Positions 51,126 to 53,529 of a DNA stretch of 53,529 bases are shown piece after piece; position 1 is the stretch's first letter; every line of letters begins with the position of its first letter. The notes beneath the pieces are model-generated. The model saw nothing but the letters and a program-made list of their open reading frames with translations. It did no database searches and had not been told where the DNA came from. Position numbers and translations under genes: made by a program. The DNA is from Chiloscyllium plagiosum. Taxonomy: Eukaryota. Location: positions 1 through 53,529 of the forward strand of contig NW_025215060.1 of the NCBI RefSeq assembly GCF_004010195.1. Direction: 5' to 3'.

Positions 51126-51521
51126 AGAAAATGTATTTCAATTGTCATTTCATGTGGTTGTCTTCGAAGTTTACTAGATCTGAGGAACATCCAGCTTGTA
51201 CATTAATAATAAGTACACAAATATTTTAAAATGTACAGTATTTGGTTTTAATGTACATATACAGGACCAGAAATCACTGGGATATTGGATCATTCAAATG
51301 ACATTTTACAGAGACTCGCTATTATTCATTTGTAAAAAGGGAAACAATTTGAAGTTTTAAAAGAGATACCTGTGAGGTCCAACCTTTTTTCTTTATTCTC
51401 TCATGGGATGTAAGCATAGAGTAGTATTTATTTCCCATTCCTAATTGCTGTTGAAAAAGCAGTGATAAGCTATGTGGTTTAGCAATGCCTACAGTCTTAT
51501 TAGAAAGGGAATTGCAGGATT

Positions 51522-51836
51522 TGGGGTGACGTGGTGGCTCAGTGGTGAGTACTGCTTTCTCACAGCACCAGGGACCCAGGTTTGATTCCCACCTCAGGTG
51601 GCTGTGTGGAGTTTGCACATTCTCCACGTGTCTGCGTGGATTTCCCCCGGGTGCTCCGGTTTCCTCCCAAAATCCAAAGATGTGCAGGTCAGGTGAATTG
51701 GCCATGCTAAATTGCCTTTAGTGTTCAACATATTAGTTAGAGGGAATTGGGTCTGGTGAATTACTCTTGGGAGGGTCAGTGTGGGTTTGTTGGGCAGAAG
51801 GGCCTGTTTCCACACTGTAGGGAATCTAATCTAATC
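51522..51836 (+). mobile_element. HE1-type V-SINE about 700 bp upstream of the SLC7A5 ATG
   Basis: Head, V-domain and (AATCT)n tail; inserted in an older LINE tail (about 51385-51960). Confidence 0.88.
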
Positions 51837-52387
51837 ATTTCAACCCAAGTGTCAGTGCAGGAATGGTGATATAGTTTCAAGTCAGTAGGGTGTGTGGCTT
51901 GAAGGGGAATTCACTGTTGTTACTGTCTCCGTGTATTTACTGCCTTTGTCCTTCTGATCTCTAAGTCACAGAAGGCTAAAATGCAGGTACAGCAAGCCAT
52001 GAAGAAGGCTAATGGAATTAGCTAATACCTTTCTCACAAGCAGATTTGAGCACAGGAGTAGTGAAGTCTTGCTTCAGTTGTATGCAGCTTGATTAGACCA
52101 CCCTTGGCGAACTTTATGCAATTCAGTTTACTACAAGAGAGTGACTCCTTGTGAGGCTCGAACTGATGATGAAGTGGTATTGCATCATGCAGGATGTACT
52201 CGTGAGATGAATGGGTGAATATGATGCTTTTCAGAAAGGAGGACTGATTTTGTTTTGGACCGAATTCGGCCTCCTTACCTCATCAAAGATATTATTGCCT
52301 TAGAATGAATGCAATGACGGCTCTCCAGGCTTGTTCCCAAGACAGTATGATTGTTCTACGTAATGAGATTGCATAACCTGAGCCTGT

Positions 52388-53325
52388 TATAGCGTCATAT
52401 AGCATGAAAACAGATCCTTTGGTCCAAACAGTCCTTGCCGAACATAACTTCAAACCAAACTAGTCCCACCTGCATGCTCCTGGCTCATATCCTTCCAAAC
52501 CTTTCCTATTCGTGTACTCATTTAAGTCTCTTTAAACATTGTAACTCTACCTGCATCCACCAATTCCACATATGAACCTCCCTCTATTTTAAAGATTTGT
52601 CCCCATGTCTTTTTTAAATCTCTCTGCTCTCACCTTAAAAATATCTCCATTAGTCTTGAAATCCTCCACCCTCAGGAAGAGACACCTACCATCCACATTA
52701 TCTATACCCCTCTAGATTTTATAAACCTATATAAGGTCACTCTCAACCTACCACTCTCCAGTGAAGAAAGTTCTAGCCTTTCTTTATAACTCAAATCTTC
52801 CATACCCAGCAACATTCTGGTAAATCTCTTCTGAGCCGTCCCTAGCTTAATAACATCCTCACTATAATAGGGCAACCAGAACTGCACTCAGTACTCCAAA
52901 AGACACCGCAGCAGTGTTTTGTCTAAACTCAACATTACTTCCCAACTCCTATACTCAAAGAACTGAGCAATGAAGGCAAGTGTGCTAAACCCTTCTGTTT
53001 ATATGTGATGCAAACTTCAAAGTTCTCTAGAGTTTCAAAAAATGAGAGGTGATCTAATTGAAACCTACCAAAATACTAAAAGGGATGCACATGATAGATG
53101 CGGATAAGATGTTTCTCCTGGCTGGGGAGTCTGGAACTAGAGGGAACAATTTAAAAAGGGAGATGCCATTTAGAATCGACGTGAGAAATTCTTTTATTCA
53201 GAGGGTGATGAAGCCTTAGAATTCTCTAACCTAGAGGGCATTGGAAGCTCAGTCTTTGAGTAAATTAAAATTAAAGGTTGGCAAATTTTTGACTATAAAT
53301 GGTCTAAGACTCTATGACTCTATGA
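52388..53325. mobile_element. CR1 3' fragments (minus, about 52388-53020; plus, about 53025-53325)
   Basis: ORF 52702..52887 reads QFWLPYY.EDVIKL..AQKRFTRML; the plus piece contains tcagagggtgatgaagcc. Confidence 0.8.
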
Positions 53326-53529
53326 ATGGTCATAGGGAGTCCACACTGTAGGGAATCTAATCACTCTGCGAGCTTTGACCACTAAAACCTCTGCCTGCTC
53401 TACTGCCGTGTTCACCACCAGTTCCACCCCCACCAATGCCACTCACCTGCATTCTGCCGACACACACCCCACAGATCCCACTGTCACCTTCCCCGCCCCC
53501 CCCCAGAACCCCGGGGGGTACCTCACCCC

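Larger units (their letters stand above)
50955..52270. repeat. Inverted duplication, arms 50955-51102 and 52122-52270
   Basis: Manual alignment shows 148/149 bp reverse complementary with about 8 differences. Confidence 0.97.

Noticed and set aside
53341..53529. 22-bp HE1 tail identical to 51810-51831, followed by a C-rich segment at the window edge
   Set aside because: It is too short and is cut off by the window end. It is probably a further TE fragment and I cannot classify it.

Overview
This is vertebrate genomic DNA, not microbial. HE1-type V-SINEs, HER1/CR1 LINEs and DeuSINE-like repeats point to an elasmobranch (shark or ray). The only host gene I can support is SLC7A5 (LAT1, large neutral amino-acid transporter light chain) on the minus strand. 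Coding exon 1 is 50239-50806 and exon 2 is 32797-32922, with canonical GT/AG sites in matching phase. I could not find exon 3 or later in the remaining 32.8 kb, so they probably lie left of the window. The CpG-rich 5' end carries two ATF4-type C/EBP-ATF elements and several E-boxes. Much of the rest is decayed, often deeply nested transposable elements: CR1, L2, Rex1/Babar, Penelope-like elements, SINEs, solo LTRs and a Tc1/mariner MITE. Nearly all other ORFs in the track are TE remnants or noise. Three observations stand out. (1) The Penelope-like repeats carry minimal hammerhead-ribozyme motifs; one has an intact core (43466-43505) and the others are mutated at CpG positions. (2) A ~148-bp piece of the SLC7A5 upstream region has been copied, inverted, into a nearby CR1, duplicating an ATF4-type site. 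(3) A second local inverted duplication of ~166 bp lies in intron 2. All TE family names come from motif recognition by eye, and TE boundaries are approximate unless a TSD is quoted.
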